From contig JAABPX010000001.1 of assembly GCA_011391745.1 (NCBI GenBank), forward strand, positions 2,275-66,274: DNA of 64,000 nt, written 5' to 3'. This stretch comes from Comamonadaceae bacterium (GTDB lineage: Bacteria > Pseudomonadota > Gammaproteobacteria > Burkholderiales > Burkholderiaceae_C). The notes beneath the pieces were generated by a model. That model saw only the letters and a program-made list of their open reading frames with translations. It had not been told where the DNA came from and did not search any database. Shown here in pieces: positions 11,124-24,596 of this stretch; position 1 is the first letter of the stretch; every line of letters begins with the position of its first letter. The translations under genes were made by a program, and so were the position numbers.

Positions 11124-11126
11124 AGC

Positions 11127-13219
<2,093 letters not shown>

Positions 13220-13255
13220 GGAATTGGCCAGCGTCGCTGAAAAAGGCAAACAAAA

Positions 13256-14434
13256 TTGACTCAATCCGATTATGTCACCCGGGTGTTCCACTCACCGCTG
13301 GACCTCAAAGCCAGCGATTGGGATGGTCTATTGGCTCACAGCAACACCCGCAGCCCCTTCATGCGACACGCCTACTTGGCCGCCTTGCACCGCAGCGATT
13401 GCGCCAGCGCACACACCGGCTGGCAAGCGCAATTCATGACGCTGTGGCGTGGCACCACCCTGGTGGCGGCGTGCCCGCTCTACCTCAAAAACCATTCCCA
13501 CGGCGAGTATGTGTTTGACTGGGCGTGGGCGCGCGCTTACGCCGAACACGGCTTGGACTATTACCCCAAGGCCTTGGTGGCCGTGCCCTTCACGCCGGTG
13601 CCCGGCCCTCGCCTGTTGGCCTGTGATGACGCGGCGCGTGCCGCTTTGGTGCAAGCGCTGCTGCGGCACATGCGCCAAGAACACCTGTCGTCGCTGCACC
13701 TGTTGTTTGTATCGCCCGAAGACGCCTTGGCGTGCAGCGCTGCGGGCATGGCCTTGCGCACCACGGTGCAATTCCATTGGCACAACCGCCACCCACAGCT
13801 TTACGCCGACTTCGATGACTTCCTGGGCCAACTGCAGCAGGAGAAACGCAAAAAAATCCGTCAAGAACGGCGCAAAGTGACCGAGGCTGGGGTGTGCTTT
13901 CGCCACCTCAGCGGCGCAGACATTGGGCCTGAGCACTGGGCATTTTTTGTGCGGTGCTACCAACAAACCTACCTAGAGCACGGCAACGCACCCTACCTCA
14001 ACCCCACGTTTTTTGAGGCCATGCGCACCGACATGGCCGAGCACTGGTTGCTCATCTTGGCCGAACGCGGGGGGCAGCCCATCGCCGCCAGTCTAATTGG
14101 TTTGGACCGCACTGCGGGTGTGGCCTACGGGCGCTATTGGGGCGCAATCGAACGGGTGGACTGCCTGCATTTTGAGGCCTGTTATTACCAAGCCATCGAA
14201 TGGTGCATTGCCAACGGTTTTGTGCGCTTTGAAGGCGGCGCTCAAGGCGAACACAAGCTCGCCCGTGCCCTGTTGCCCGTGACAACCACCAGCGCCCACG
14301 CTCTGTTGCACCCCGGGTTCGAGCAAGCGGTGCGCCACTATTTGGCGCGTGAAGGCGAGGGTCTTGCGGACTACGTAACAGACTTAGAACAACGCAGCCC
14401 GCTCAAGCCCAGCGCGCATCAGGCCTTGCTGTAA
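13256..14434 (+). CDS. GNAT/FemAB-like N-acyltransferase (DUF482-type)
   Basis: [53 protein letters not shown]; TTG start. Confidence 0.88.
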   Translation: MTQSDYVTRVFHSPLDLKASDWDGLLAHSNTRSPFMRHAYLAALHRSDCASAHTGWQAQFMTLWRGTTLVAACPLYLKNHSHGEYVFDWAWARAYAEHGLDYYPKALVAVPFTPVPGPRLLACDDAARAALVQALLRHMRQEHLSSLHLLFVSPEDALACSAAGMALRTTVQFHWHNRHPQLYADFDDFLGQLQQEKRKKIRQERRKVTEAGVCFRHLSGADIGPEHWAFFVRCYQQTYLEHGNAPYLNPTFFEAMRTDMAEHWLLILAERGGQPIAASLIGLDRTAGVAYGRYWGAIERVDCLHFEACYYQAIEWCIANGFVRFEGGAQGEHKLARALLPVTTTSAHALLHPGFEQAVRHYLAREGEGLADYVTDLEQRSPLKPSAHQALL

Positions 14435-14949
14435 TTGGCCACGCCATCCAAGATTTCTTGGTGAGCGGCGGCCTTGCCTTCCCAGCCCTTGACCTTGACC
14501 CACTTGCCTTTTTCGAGGTCTTTGTAACGCTCAAAGAAGTGGGCAATTTGCTGCAATTGCAATTCGTGCAGGTCGTCCAAGCTTTGGATCTTGGCGTACA
14601 TCGGCAAGATTTTTTCGGTGGGCACCGCCAACACCTTGCCATCCAAACCGCCTTCGTCTTCCATCAGCAAAATGCCAATGGCGCGGCACGGCACCACCAC
14701 GCCGGGCGGCAAGGGGAACGGGGTCATGACCAACACATCGACCGGATCGCCATCGCCCGCGATGGTTTGGGGCACATACCCGTAATTGGTTGGGTAATGC
14801 ATGGCCGTGCCCATGAAGCGGTCCACAAAGATGGCGCCAGACTCTTTGTCCACTTCATACTTGATGGGGTCGGCATTCATCGAAATTTCGATGACCACAT
14901 TGAAAGATTCGGGCAATTTTTTACCGGGGCTGACTTGGTCGAGGGACAT
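14419..14949 (-). CDS. ppa: Inorganic pyrophosphatase
   Basis: IKYEVDK, VDRF, YP.NYGYVP, DGDPVDV. Confidence 0.97.
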   Translation of the reverse strand: MSLDQVSPGKKLPESFNVVIEISMNADPIKYEVDKESGAIFVDRFMGTAMHYPTNYGYVPQTIAGDGDPVDVLVMTPFPLPPGVVVPCRAIGILLMEDEGGLDGKVLAVPTEKILPMYAKIQSLDDLHELQLQQIAHFFERYKDLEKGKWVKVKGWEGKAAAHQEILDGVANYSKA

Positions 14950-15053
14950 GGGTGAATGTGAGGTTAAAGACGAAGCTGGGTATTTACCCCGATTTTACTG
15001 ATGTCAGGCTTACTGACCGCTGAGACTGGGCGCAAGGGGCTGATAATGCGGGC

Positions 15054-16169
15054 ATGTCCGAACGCGTCATTCCTGTGGTCGATCAGCGCCAGCGCGCGTT
15101 GATCGCCCATGTGCCCGCCATGCCAGTGCCCGCCGTGGGTCATTTGCTGGACCGGCTGCATCGCCCCTTGCGCGATCTGCGCATCAGCGTCACCGATCGC
15201 TGCAACTTTCGCTGCAGCTACTGCATGCCCAAAGGCGTGTTCGACAAAAATTACCCCTACCTGCCACAGAGCGATTTGCTGCGCTTTGAAGAAATTGAGC
15301 GGCTCACCCGCCTCTTTATTGGCCACGGCGTACAGAAAATTCGCCTCACCGGCGGTGAGCCCCTGCTGCGCAAGCACTTGGAGGTGCTGATCGATAAACT
15401 GGCGGTTCTGCGCACCCGCGAGGGCCAAGCGCTGGACATCACCTTAACCACCAACGGTTCGTTGCTGGTTCAAAAAGCCGCCACGCTCAAAGCCGCGGGT
15501 TTGAAACGTGTGACCGTGAGCTTGGACGGACTCGACGATGCGGTGTTTCGGGCCATGAACGACGTGGATTTCCCGGTGGCCGATGTGTTGGCTGGCATTG
15601 AGGCCGCTCACGCCGCAGGCCTGGGGCCCATCAAGGTCAATATGGTGGTCAAGCGTGGCACCAACGACGATCAAATTGTTCCCATGGCGCGGCATTTCAG
15701 GGGCACGGGTGTTGCCCTTCGCTTCATCGAATACATGGACGTTGGGGCCACCAACGGCTGGCGCATGGACGAGGTGCTGCCCAGCGCCGAGGTGCTGCAA
15801 CGCCTGCAAGCGCAATGGACCATGGTGCCCTTGGCCCCCAGCGCGAGTGGTGAAACCGCCCAGCGTTGGGGCTACGCGGACGGACAGGGAGAAGTGGGCT
15901 TCATCAGCAGCGTGACGCAGGCGTTTTGTGGCGATTGCAACCGCGCTCGCCTGTCCACCGATGGGCGTCTCTACCTGTGCCTATTTGCCACCCAAGGTCA
16001 CGACTTGCGTCAACTCATCCGCAGCTCGGCGAGCGATGAAGCCGTCTCCAGTGCCTTGGCGGCCATCTGGCAAGGTCGCGACGACCGCTACTCTGCGCTG
16101 CGCGCCAGCTTGCCGCCCGAGGCCAGTGGCTCGGCTGGCCGAGTGGAAATGAGTTACATCGGCGGTTGA
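15054..16169 (+). CDS. moaA: GTP 3',8-cyclase
   Basis: CNFRCSYC radical-SAM motif, C-terminal CGDCNR...C cluster, terminal IGG. Confidence 0.97.
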   Translation: MSERVIPVVDQRQRALIAHVPAMPVPAVGHLLDRLHRPLRDLRISVTDRCNFRCSYCMPKGVFDKNYPYLPQSDLLRFEEIERLTRLFIGHGVQKIRLTGGEPLLRKHLEVLIDKLAVLRTREGQALDITLTTNGSLLVQKAATLKAAGLKRVTVSLDGLDDAVFRAMNDVDFPVADVLAGIEAAHAAGLGPIKVNMVVKRGTNDDQIVPMARHFRGTGVALRFIEYMDVGATNGWRMDEVLPSAEVLQRLQAQWTMVPLAPSASGETAQRWGYADGQGEVGFISSVTQAFCGDCNRARLSTDGRLYLCLFATQGHDLRQLIRSSASDEAVSSALAAIWQGRDDRYSALRASLPPEASGSAGRVEMSYIGG

Positions 16170-16170
16170 T

Positions 16171-16830
16171 GTGGTCGATTGGGTGCTTGGCCCGCGCTCC
16201 ATCACCGCCTTGGTCTTGGCTGGCGGGCGCAGCAGGCGTTGGGGTGGTCGGGACAAAGGCCTGATCCCGATGGACGGTGTGCCCATGGCCCTGAGGGCCT
16301 TGCGGCGCTTACAAACGCAGGCCCACGGGGCATTGGCCGGTGTGGCCATCAGCGCCAACCGACACACCGACACCTATGCCCAATGGGGATGGCCCGTGTG
16401 GTCCGATGAAGAGCCGGAGGCGTTCCATGGGCCCTTGGCGGGTTGGCAAACGGGGTTGCGCCGTTGCCCCACGCCGTGGCTGCTCAGCGTGCCCTGCGAC
16501 AGCCCGGACTTTCCCATCGACTTGATCGATGCCTTGGTTCATGCCCAACGCCAAAGCCAGGCATCTTTGGCCGTGGCCGCCAGCCGCCACGCCCATGGTC
16601 TGAGAACACAAGCGATGTTTGCGTTGCTGCACACCGATCTGTTGCCAAGCTTGGACGCCTATCTCGATCAAGGTGGGCGCCGCGTGGCCGACTGGTGCGA
16701 AGCGCAGGGGCCGGCCTGGGCCATCTTTGACGACACAGACCCCAGCGCGGGTGCCTTTGCCAACCTCAACAGCGCAGCCGATGCGGCCCAGCGCGAGCAA
16801 GGGCGCTGGGCACGATCAACCCAGCCTTAG
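16171..16830 (+). CDS. mobA: Molybdenum cofactor guanylyltransferase
   Basis: LAGGRSRRWGG.DKGL, GPLAG, VPCDSP, FANLN. Confidence 0.9.
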   Translation: MVDWVLGPRSITALVLAGGRSRRWGGRDKGLIPMDGVPMALRALRRLQTQAHGALAGVAISANRHTDTYAQWGWPVWSDEEPEAFHGPLAGWQTGLRRCPTPWLLSVPCDSPDFPIDLIDALVHAQRQSQASLAVAASRHAHGLRTQAMFALLHTDLLPSLDAYLDQGGRRVADWCEAQGPAWAIFDDTDPSAGAFANLNSAADAAQREQGRWARSTQP

Positions 16831-19800
16831 GACTTTCGGCGCGACAGCAGGGTGTACATGGTGGGCACCACAAAAATGGTCAGAAAAGTGCCCACGCTCA
16901 TACCGCCCACAATCACCCAACCGATTTGCTGGCGGCTCTCTGCGCCGGCACCGGAGGCCAATGCCAAGGGAATGGCCCCGAGCACCATGGCACCGGTGGT
17001 CATGAGGATGGGCCGCAAGCGCAGTGAAGCCGATTGCGCAATCGCTTCGCGAAGCGCCACGCCCTGTTCGCGCAAGCGATTGGCAAACTCAACGATCAAA
17101 ATGCCGTGCTTGGAAATCAAGCCCACCAAGGTGATCAGGCCAATTTGGCTGAACACATTGAGCGTTCCCCCGGTCAGCTTCAAGGCCAACAAAGCCCCCA
17201 ACATGGACAGCGGCACGCTCAGCAAAATGATGAAGGGGTCCACAAAGCTTTCAAACTGAGCGGCCAACACCAAATAAATGAACAGCAAAGACAAACCAAA
17301 CACCAACGCCAAGGAACCCGAAGCGTTTTTAAATTCGCGGCTTTGACCGTTGAGGTCGGTGGTGTAGCCGGGCGGCAAAATGTCTTCGGCAATACCGTCC
17401 ATGATGGCCAAAGCCTCACCCAAGGCCAAGCTGGGGGCCAGGTTGGCGGTGATGGAAGCACTGCGGCGTTGCGCAAAGTGGTTGAGTTCGCGCGGCACCA
17501 CCACCTCACGAATGCTCACCAATGAGGACAGCGGCACCATCACGTCACCGCGCCCACGCACAAACAAACGGTCAATGTCGTCGGGCGCACTGCGCTGGGC
17601 GTTGTCGGTTTGAACCACCACATCGAATTGCTCGCCGCCGCGTTTGTAGCGGGTCACGGTGCGTCCGCCCAACAAAGTCTCAACGGTTCGTGCGATGGCA
17701 TCCACATTCACCCCCGCATCGGCGGCGCGTTCGCGGTCCACATCCATGCGCACTTCGGGCTTGTTGAGTCGCAAATCCGTGTCCACCTGCACAAACCCGG
17801 GGTGTTTGGCCAATTCGTCTTGGAAGCGGCGCATGACCTTGGACAGGTTTTCGTAGGAGTCGGATGTCACCACCACAAAATTGATGGGGCGCTCACGAAA
17901 GCCTTGACCCAGCGAAGGCGGCGTGATGGGAAACGCGTTCACACCGGGCAAACCCGCCACCTTGGGCGTGATCTCTCGCGCCAGTTCTTGGGTCGTGCGG
18001 TCTCGCTCACTCCATGGTAAGGCGCGAAAAAAGATGTTGCCTTGCGCCACCGTGGGGTTGCCGATGTTGCTGAAAATACGGTCGAATTCCGGGTAGGGCT
18101 GCCCGATTTTTTCAATGGCTTGGGCGTAACGCTGCGTGTAGGCCAAGGTCGCACCGTCGGGGCCGCTGATGTTGATCAGTATCACGCCGCGGTCCTCCAA
18201 AGGTGCCAACTCTTGCTTGGTGGTTTTGAACAAATAGGCACTGCCCAAGGCGGATGCCAGCATCACCCCCACCACCCACCAGCGCCGTTGCAAGGCCCAA
18301 GCCAAAGCCCGACCATAGCCACGGGTTAGCCCCGTCAAGAGGCCTTCCATGCGATGGTCAAAACGAGAAGGCTTGTCTTGGTGTCGCAGCAGCTTGGCAC
18401 TCATCATGGGCGAGAGGGTCAAGGCCACAAAGCCCGACACCACCACCGCACCGGCCAAGGCCAAAGCAAATTCGGCAAACAAGCGTCCCGTTCGCCCCGG
18501 CGTGAAAGCCAGCGGCGCGTAGACCGCCGCCAAGGTGAGCGTCATGGCCACCACCGCAAAGCCAATTTCTCGCGCCCCTTTGATGGCGGCGTCAAACGGT
18601 TTGAGGCCGTCTTCAATGTGGCGGTGAATGTTCTCGAGCACCACGATGGCGTCATCGACCACCAAACCAATCGCCAGCACCAATGCCAGCAGGGTCAGTG
18701 TGTTGATGGAAAAACCAAACAAGGCCATCAACGCAAACGCACCAATCAAGCTCACGGGAATCGTGACCAAGGGAATGATGGAGGCGCGCACAGTGCGCAA
18801 AAACACAAAAATGACCAAGGCCACCAACACGGCGGCCTCCACAATCGTGATGTAAACCGCTTTGATGGACTCTTCAATGAACACCGAGCTGTCGTTGGCC
18901 ACCCCAACGGTGATGCCCGCTGGCAGGTCTTGCTCAACCTTGGGGATCAGCGCACGCACACCGGCTGAGAGTTCCAAGGGGTTGGCGGTGGCTTGACGAA
19001 TCACGCCCACCGCCACCGAGTCACGGCCATTGAGGCGAATGGACGAGCGCTCGTCTTGTGCGCCTTCTTGCACACGGGCCACATCTTGCAAACGCACCGG
19101 CACACCCGCCACGTTGCGAATGACCAACTCGCGAAACTGGGTGACGGTTTGCATGTCGGTGGCGGCGGTGATGTTGAACTCCCGCTGCTGACTCTCAATG
19201 CGCCCGGCCGGCACTTCCAAATTGGAGCGGCGCAAGGCCTCTTCAACGTCTTGTACGGTGAGGCGGTAAGCGGCCAAACGATCGGTGTCGATCCACACGC
19301 GCATGGCGTAGCGCCGTTCACCAAACACGCGCACATCGGCGGCACCCGGTGCGGTTTGCAAGACGGGCTTGACCAAGCGGTTGGCAAAGTCACTGAGCTG
19401 CAAGGCGTCGTGTGTGTCCGAACTCAAGGCCAGCCAAACCACCGGAAAGGCATCGGCCTCCACCTTGGCAATCACGGGCTCGTCGATGCCTTGCGGCAAG
19501 CGTTGCCGCACGCGGCTGACCTTGTCGCGCACATCGGCAGCGGCGGCGTCGGGGTCGCGGCTGAGGGCAAAGCGCACGGTGATTTGACTGCGCTCTGGGC
19601 GGCTTGACGAGGTGATGATGTCCACCCCCTCAATGCCCGAGAGGGAATCCTCCAAGACCTTGGTGACCTGGGATTCCACCACCTCACTGGACGCCCCGCC
19701 AAACGTGGTGCTGACCGACACCGTGGGCTCGTCAATTTGTGGGTACTCGCGCACGCTCAGGCCTTGGAAGGCCACCAGCCCCACCAACACAATCAGCAGC

Positions 19801-19853
19801 GACAAGACCGTGGCAAAAACGGGCCGGCGAATGGAGAGTTCAGGCAATTGCAT
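16827..19853 (-). CDS. RND efflux transporter permease (AcrB family)
   Basis: IRRPVFA, GLVVDDAIVVLEN, GLISKHGILIVEF, RLRPILMTT; 1008 aa. Confidence 0.96.
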   Translation of the reverse strand: MQLPELSIRRPVFATVLSLLIVLVGLVAFQGLSVREYPQIDEPTVSVSTTFGGASSEVVESQVTKVLEDSLSGIEGVDIITSSSRPERSQITVRFALSRDPDAAAADVRDKVSRVRQRLPQGIDEPVIAKVEADAFPVVWLALSSDTHDALQLSDFANRLVKPVLQTAPGAADVRVFGERRYAMRVWIDTDRLAAYRLTVQDVEEALRRSNLEVPAGRIESQQREFNITAATDMQTVTQFRELVIRNVAGVPVRLQDVARVQEGAQDERSSIRLNGRDSVAVGVIRQATANPLELSAGVRALIPKVEQDLPAGITVGVANDSSVFIEESIKAVYITIVEAAVLVALVIFVFLRTVRASIIPLVTIPVSLIGAFALMALFGFSINTLTLLALVLAIGLVVDDAIVVLENIHRHIEDGLKPFDAAIKGAREIGFAVVAMTLTLAAVYAPLAFTPGRTGRLFAEFALALAGAVVVSGFVALTLSPMMSAKLLRHQDKPSRFDHRMEGLLTGLTRGYGRALAWALQRRWWVVGVMLASALGSAYLFKTTKQELAPLEDRGVILINISGPDGATLAYTQRYAQAIEKIGQPYPEFDRIFSNIGNPTVAQGNIFFRALPWSERDRTTQELAREITPKVAGLPGVNAFPITPPSLGQGFRERPINFVVVTSDSYENLSKVMRRFQDELAKHPGFVQVDTDLRLNKPEVRMDVDRERAADAGVNVDAIARTVETLLGGRTVTRYKRGGEQFDVVVQTDNAQRSAPDDIDRLFVRGRGDVMVPLSSLVSIREVVVPRELNHFAQRRSASITANLAPSLALGEALAIMDGIAEDILPPGYTTDLNGQSREFKNASGSLALVFGLSLLFIYLVLAAQFESFVDPFIILLSVPLSMLGALLALKLTGGTLNVFSQIGLITLVGLISKHGILIVEFANRLREQGVALREAIAQSASLRLRPILMTTGAMVLGAIPLALASGAGAESRQQIGWVIVGGMSVGTFLTIFVVPTMYTLLSRRKS

Positions 19854-19871
19854 GGGGTACGGACCTCAAAG

Positions 19872-21005
19872 TCATTGCGGTTTGAGTTGGACCACACGCA
19901 CCGGCGTGCCGTCTTGTTGAATGCGTTGCTGCCCGGCCACGACGATGGTCTGGCCCGCCTTCACACCATCGGTGATTTGCACCATCGATCCACGGCGCAC
20001 GCCCGTGGTGACAGCCACACGGCGGGCCGTCCACTGGGGTTTGCCATTGACCTCGGGGGCCGCATCGAGCACCACCACCCATTGACGTCCGCCCTGTGGC
20101 AGCAGGGCTTCTTCGGGCACCACCACCGCTGCTTCGTCCACACCAAACACCACGTTGACGCGAGCGAACATGCCCGAGCGCAAACGCTGACTGGCGTCGG
20201 CGGGCATGCTGGCACGAACAGCCACCGAACGTCCGTTGGCATCGAGCAACGGATCGAGCGCGATCACTCGGGCCTCAAAGCTTTGCCCCGGCAGGGCATC
20301 AACCTGCACCTGCACCGACTGGCCCACCGCCACCCGCGTCTGGTAGCGCTCCGACAAACGAAAGTCCACCATCAAGGCCGATGTATCCTCCAAATTCACC
20401 ACCGCTGCACCGTCTTTGATGTACTCGCCCAGGTTCACACTGGCAATGCCCACCGTACCAGAGAACGGCGCAACAATGGCCATGCGAGCCAAGCGCGCTT
20501 GCGCCAAATCAAGCTGCGCTTGGGCGACTTGCAGGTTGGCTCGGCTTTCGTCCAGCACGCGTTGGGCCACAAAATTTTGCGCCACCAGTTCTTCGTTTCG
20601 CTTGGCGTTGGCTTGTGCAATCGACCATTGGGCACGGGCTTGGCTGAGCTCGGCGCGTTGCAGCGCATCATCGAGCTGAACCAACAACTGGCCTTGTTTC
20701 ACAGCGCTGCCGTCCTTGAAGGCGATGCGTGCAACGCGCCCACTGACCTCTGGTCGCAAGGTCACGCTTTGCTTGGCCAACACGTTGCCCACGGCTTGGG
20801 TGTCGTTTTGCAAACGAAGCGATTGCGCCGTGGTGATCTCCACCGATGGCGGGCCTCCACGGGCACCACCGCCTGCACCGGGGGCCGCCGAGCCATTGAA
20901 CCCACCCGAGCGGGGCGCGACCTCACTGGGCTGCTGCAACCACCAAGCCACCCCACCGGCCAGCGTCAATGCCAGCACACCCCAAAGCCAAGTTTTTGCT
21001 TTCAT
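19872..21005 (-). CDS. RND periplasmic adaptor (membrane fusion protein)
   Basis: N-terminal anchor, LRPEVSGRV, coiled coil, IVAPFSGTVG, LRSGMFARV. Confidence 0.94.
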   Translation of the reverse strand: MKAKTWLWGVLALTLAGGVAWWLQQPSEVAPRSGGFNGSAAPGAGGGARGGPPSVEITTAQSLRLQNDTQAVGNVLAKQSVTLRPEVSGRVARIAFKDGSAVKQGQLLVQLDDALQRAELSQARAQWSIAQANAKRNEELVAQNFVAQRVLDESRANLQVAQAQLDLAQARLARMAIVAPFSGTVGIASVNLGEYIKDGAAVVNLEDTSALMVDFRLSERYQTRVAVGQSVQVQVDALPGQSFEARVIALDPLLDANGRSVAVRASMPADASQRLRSGMFARVNVVFGVDEAAVVVPEEALLPQGGRQWVVVLDAAPEVNGKPQWTARRVAVTTGVRRGSMVQITDGVKAGQTIVVAGQQRIQQDGTPVRVVQLKPQ

Positions 21006-21021
21006 CGTTGATCGTCGCTTG

Positions 21022-21462
21022 TTATGTGATTAAAAGAACACCCCGGTTGGCCAAGGCATCGGCACGCTCATTGCCTGCATCGCCCGAATGACCTTTGACC
21101 CACCGCCAGTCGATGTCGTGCCCGCCGGTGCTCACCAATGTGTCCAGAGCTTGCCACAAATCGACATTTTTCACCGGCTGCTTGGCCGCGGTTTTCCAAC
21201 CCCGGGCTTTCCAACCCGGCAACCATTCGGTGATGCCTTTGCGCACATACTCGCTGTCCATGTACATCAGCACCCGACACGGACGTTTGAGCGCACGCAG
21301 GGCCTCAATGACCGCCGTCAGTTCCATGCGGTTATTGGTGGTTTGGGCCTCGCCACCGAACAAGTCTTTTTCAACCGGGCCGCTGCGCAAGTACACACCC
21401 CAACCGCCCGGGCCAGGGTTGCCTTTGCAGGCACCGTCCGTGTAAATCACCACTGGGTTCAA
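21022..21462 (-). CDS. rnhA: Ribonuclease HI
   Basis: [29 protein letters not shown]...NERAD. Confidence 0.98.
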   Translation of the reverse strand: MNPVVIYTDGACKGNPGPGGWGVYLRSGPVEKDLFGGEAQTTNNRMELTAVIEALRALKRPCRVLMYMDSEYVRKGITEWLPGWKARGWKTAAKQPVKNVDLWQALDTLVSTGGHDIDWRWVKGHSGDAGNERADALANRGVLLIT

Positions 21463-21490
21463 ACGCTCACTCCAAACAGATCAACGGCAC

Positions 21491-22258
21491 TCAGCGCTTT
21501 TGCGCCACCGAGGCAGGCACGGCCACCTTGGATTGTCGCGGCTTCCAAGCCGGACCCAACAAACGCATACCGCGAACACGTTTGACCGCCACCAACATGT
21601 GCACCGCACCCAAAAACGGCCACCAGCGCGGGCCTGCTCGGTCCATCCAAGCGAAGCGTTGCAACCAACGCTCGCTGTTGACCGCAGGCACGTAGCAACC
21701 GCGTTGCTCGCGCTCCAGCTCAAAGCCCAACAAACGAAGCCAATCGCGCAATCGCCAAGCGCCAATGAATTCGCCGGTTTCGGGCACAAAGGGCTGGTGG
21801 GTGCCCAAAAAACGAACACCAAAACGCTCACACCACCGCGCACGGGTGTGCTGCATGCCCCACCAACTGTTGGGGCTGAAGGCAGCGATGATCAACCGTC
21901 CATCGGGCACCAACACCCGCTCGGCCTCACGCAGCACCTGGTGTGGGTCGGCGCTGCCCTCCAAGGCGTGCGGCAACACCAACAGGTCCAAACTGGCGGT
22001 GGCCAGCGGCAGGGCCGCGGGGTCACACACCAAAGCGGCACGAGCACCCTCATGCACCCCACCTGCGGGCAAGGCCAGCCAGCGGTGCGGCATGCGGTTG
22101 GCCTGCAAAGCCTCCAAAGCGGGCCAGCCCAGTTGCAGCGCGTTGTAGCCAAACACATCGGCCACCCACGCGTCCAGTTGCGTTTGTTCCCACGCCAGCA
22201 GATACTGGCCCGCTGGGGTCTTCCACCATTGGCTCAACCCTATAATTTGTTCACGCAT
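21491..22258 (-). CDS. SAM-dependent methyltransferase-like protein (YafS-like)
   Basis: WWKTPAGQYLLAWE, LP...ASLDLLVLPHALE, LREAERVLVPDG; conserved position between gloB and rnhA. Confidence 0.88.
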   Translation of the reverse strand: MREQIIGLSQWWKTPAGQYLLAWEQTQLDAWVADVFGYNALQLGWPALEALQANRMPHRWLALPAGGVHEGARAALVCDPAALPLATASLDLLVLPHALEGSADPHQVLREAERVLVPDGRLIIAAFSPNSWWGMQHTRARWCERFGVRFLGTHQPFVPETGEFIGAWRLRDWLRLLGFELEREQRGCYVPAVNSERWLQRFAWMDRAGPRWWPFLGAVHMLVAVKRVRGMRLLGPAWKPRQSKVAVPASVAQKR

Positions 22259-22299
22259 CCCTTGACTTTACACGGCCCATTTGTCGCAACAAAGACACC

Positions 22300-23073
22300 A
22301 TGGAATTAACCCCCTTGCCCGCCTTCAACGACAACTACATCTGGATGATGCGGGTGGGGTCTCGGGCATGGGTCGTGGACCCAGGGCAAGCCGAACCGGT
22401 GTTCGCCGTCTTGCGCCAAACCGGCATTGAACTGGAAGGTATTCTGATCACCCACCACCACGGCGACCACACCGGTGGCGTGGCCGCGCTTCGGCAAGCC
22501 ACTGGCGCTGGCGTGCACGGACCCGCCGGCGAAGACATGCCGCAACCGTGTGTGCCTCACCAGTCGGGTGACACCATCGATGTCATGGGCACCCCTTTTT
22601 TGGTGCTGCACGTGCCGGGTCACACCGCTGGGCACATCGCCTATTTTGGTCAGCCTGCACAAGAAGACCCCTTGGTTTTTTGTGGCGACACCCTTTTTAG
22701 CGCCGGCTGCGGGCGTCTTTTTGAGGGCAGTGCGGCTCAGTTGTACGCTTCCTTGAATGCGTTGGCACAACTGCCCGATCCAACGCGTGTGTGCTGTGCG
22801 CACGAATACACGCTGGGCAACCTGCGGTTTGCAGCCACGGTGGAGCCCAACAACACCGACGTTGCACAACACACCCAGCGCTGCATCGACTTGCGACAAC
22901 AAGGCACGGCCACGCTGCCGAGCACACTCACGCTGGAAAAACGCATCAACCCTTTTTTGCGCGTTCACCTGCCTGCGGTTCGCTCCGCCGCCATGGGCTA
23001 CGATGCAAGCACCCCCGACAACCCCGTGAGCGTGTTCAGCACCTTGCGCGAATGGAAAAACGCACACCCATGA
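22300..23073 (+). CDS. gloB: Hydroxyacylglutathione hydrolase
   Basis: AFNDNYIW, THHHGDH, PGHT.GH, GDTLFSAGCGR, CAHEYT, NPFLR. Confidence 0.96.
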   Translation: MELTPLPAFNDNYIWMMRVGSRAWVVDPGQAEPVFAVLRQTGIELEGILITHHHGDHTGGVAALRQATGAGVHGPAGEDMPQPCVPHQSGDTIDVMGTPFLVLHVPGHTAGHIAYFGQPAQEDPLVFCGDTLFSAGCGRLFEGSAAQLYASLNALAQLPDPTRVCCAHEYTLGNLRFAATVEPNNTDVAQHTQRCIDLRQQGTATLPSTLTLEKRINPFLRVHLPAVRSAAMGYDASTPDNPVSVFSTLREWKNAHP

Positions 23074-24587
23074 ACCACCCACTCCCCCCCTTGATGCGCT
23101 CACGATGGCTGGCTTGGCTGGGTTTGGCTTTGCTGCTGTCGGCCTGCAGCACGCCACCCGCCCAACCACCCAACGCCCGCATTGGTACGCCCCCACCGGT
23201 CGTTGAACGGGCGCAGTTCGGTCAACAAAAACCCAAGCCCCCGGTCCAAACCCCCGTCGCGGTGGCCGCGCCAACTCGCCCCGCAGTGGCTGTGCCGCCG
23301 GTGCCCACCCCCGTGGCCAAAGCCCCGACCATTCCCACGCCAAGCCCCTCGCCCACCGACCTTTGGGACCGCATTCGCCGGGGCATGGCCATGGCCAACC
23401 TGAGCGGCCCCCGGGTGGACAAACGCGAACAGTGGTATGCCTCACGTCCGGATTACATTCAGCGCATGACCGAGCGCTCGGGGCGCTATTTGTTTCACAT
23501 CGTTGAGGAAATCGAACGCCGCAACATGCCCATGGAGCTGGCCCTGCTGCCCTTCATCGAAAGTGCGTTCAATCCCGAGGCCGTCTCCAGCGCCCGTGCC
23601 GCAGGTATGTGGCAATTCATGCCCGCCACAGGTAAATCGTTTGACCTCAAACAAAACGCGTTTCGCGATGAGCGGCGCGACGTGCTGGCCTCCACCGAAG
23701 CGGCGTTGGACTACCTGCAACAACTCCACGACCGGTTTGGTGACTGGCACTTGGCCTTGGCGGCCTACAACTGGGGCCAAGGCAATGTCAATCGCGCCAT
23801 CACAAGCAACGCCCGGGCTGGTCGACCCACGGCCTACACCGACCTGAAAATGCCCTTGGAGACACAAGACTACGTGCCCAAGCTGCAAGCCGTGAAGAAC
23901 ATCGTCATGCGGCCCGAGTCCTTTGGCGTGAACCTACCCGAAATCGACAACCACCCTTTCTTCAGCTCGGTGACGATTGATCGCGACATGGACGTGAGCG
24001 TCATCGCTTTGCTCGCGGATGTACAAGAATCTGAGTTCAGGGCACTTAACCCGGCGCACAAGCGCCCGGTGGTGTTGGCCGCTGCGACGCCAACAATTTT
24101 GCTTCCCTGGGACAACGCCGCCATTTTTAAAACCAATTTGGCCAGCTACGACGGCCCCTTGGCGTCTTGGACCACGTGGACCGTGCCCAGCACCATGACG
24201 GCCAGCCAAGCCGCTTCCCAACTGCGCTGGAACGAAGGCAGCCTGCGCTCGGTCAACCAAATTCCCCCGCGCATGCGCATCTTGGCTGGGTCCAATTTGC
24301 TGATTCCACGCTCCGAGCGACACACCCAAGACGTTCCGGTGCACGTGGCCAACAGCGGCCGCTTGGAGTTTCAAGCCGAAGTTCGCTTGCGGCGCATCAC
24401 GGTGCTGGCGCGGCCCGGTGAAACCTTGGCCCAGCTGGCCCGACGACACAAAGCGGACCCGAAGGCCACGGCACAACTCAACCAATTGGCGCTCAACGCC
24501 CGACTGAAGAAAAAGCAGCGCGTGGCGTTGATGGTCCCGGTCAAAAGTCAAGCGGCGCGCAAGGTGGCCTCCAACAAAAATCGGTGA
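23070..24587 (+). CDS. mltD: Membrane-bound lytic murein transglycosylase D (lipoprotein, degenerate LysM repeats)
   Basis: Lipobox LSAC, Pro-rich linker, LPFIESAF, AAGMWQF, LAAYNWG, ETQDYVPKL; ATGA overlap with gloB. Confidence 0.9.
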   Translation: MNHPLPPLMRSRWLAWLGLALLLSACSTPPAQPPNARIGTPPPVVERAQFGQQKPKPPVQTPVAVAAPTRPAVAVPPVPTPVAKAPTIPTPSPSPTDLWDRIRRGMAMANLSGPRVDKREQWYASRPDYIQRMTERSGRYLFHIVEEIERRNMPMELALLPFIESAFNPEAVSSARAAGMWQFMPATGKSFDLKQNAFRDERRDVLASTEAALDYLQQLHDRFGDWHLALAAYNWGQGNVNRAITSNARAGRPTAYTDLKMPLETQDYVPKLQAVKNIVMRPESFGVNLPEIDNHPFFSSVTIDRDMDVSVIALLADVQESEFRALNPAHKRPVVLAAATPTILLPWDNAAIFKTNLASYDGPLASWTTWTVPSTMTASQAASQLRWNEGSLRSVNQIPPRMRILAGSNLLIPRSERHTQDVPVHVANSGRLEFQAEVRLRRITVLARPGETLAQLARRHKADPKATAQLNQLALNARLKKKQRVALMVPVKSQAARKVASNKNR

Positions 24588-24596
24588 ACGTGGGGC

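Noticed and set aside
16827-21005. RND pump without an outer-membrane factor as a novel system
   Set aside because: Two-gene RND loci using a distant TolC-like channel are common, and the proton-relay residues are normal.
22791-23073. Apparent 598 aa ORF suggesting a gloB-mltD fusion
   Set aside because: The extension is in a different frame inside gloB; the real start is the ATGA overlap at 23070, followed by a signal peptide and lipobox.
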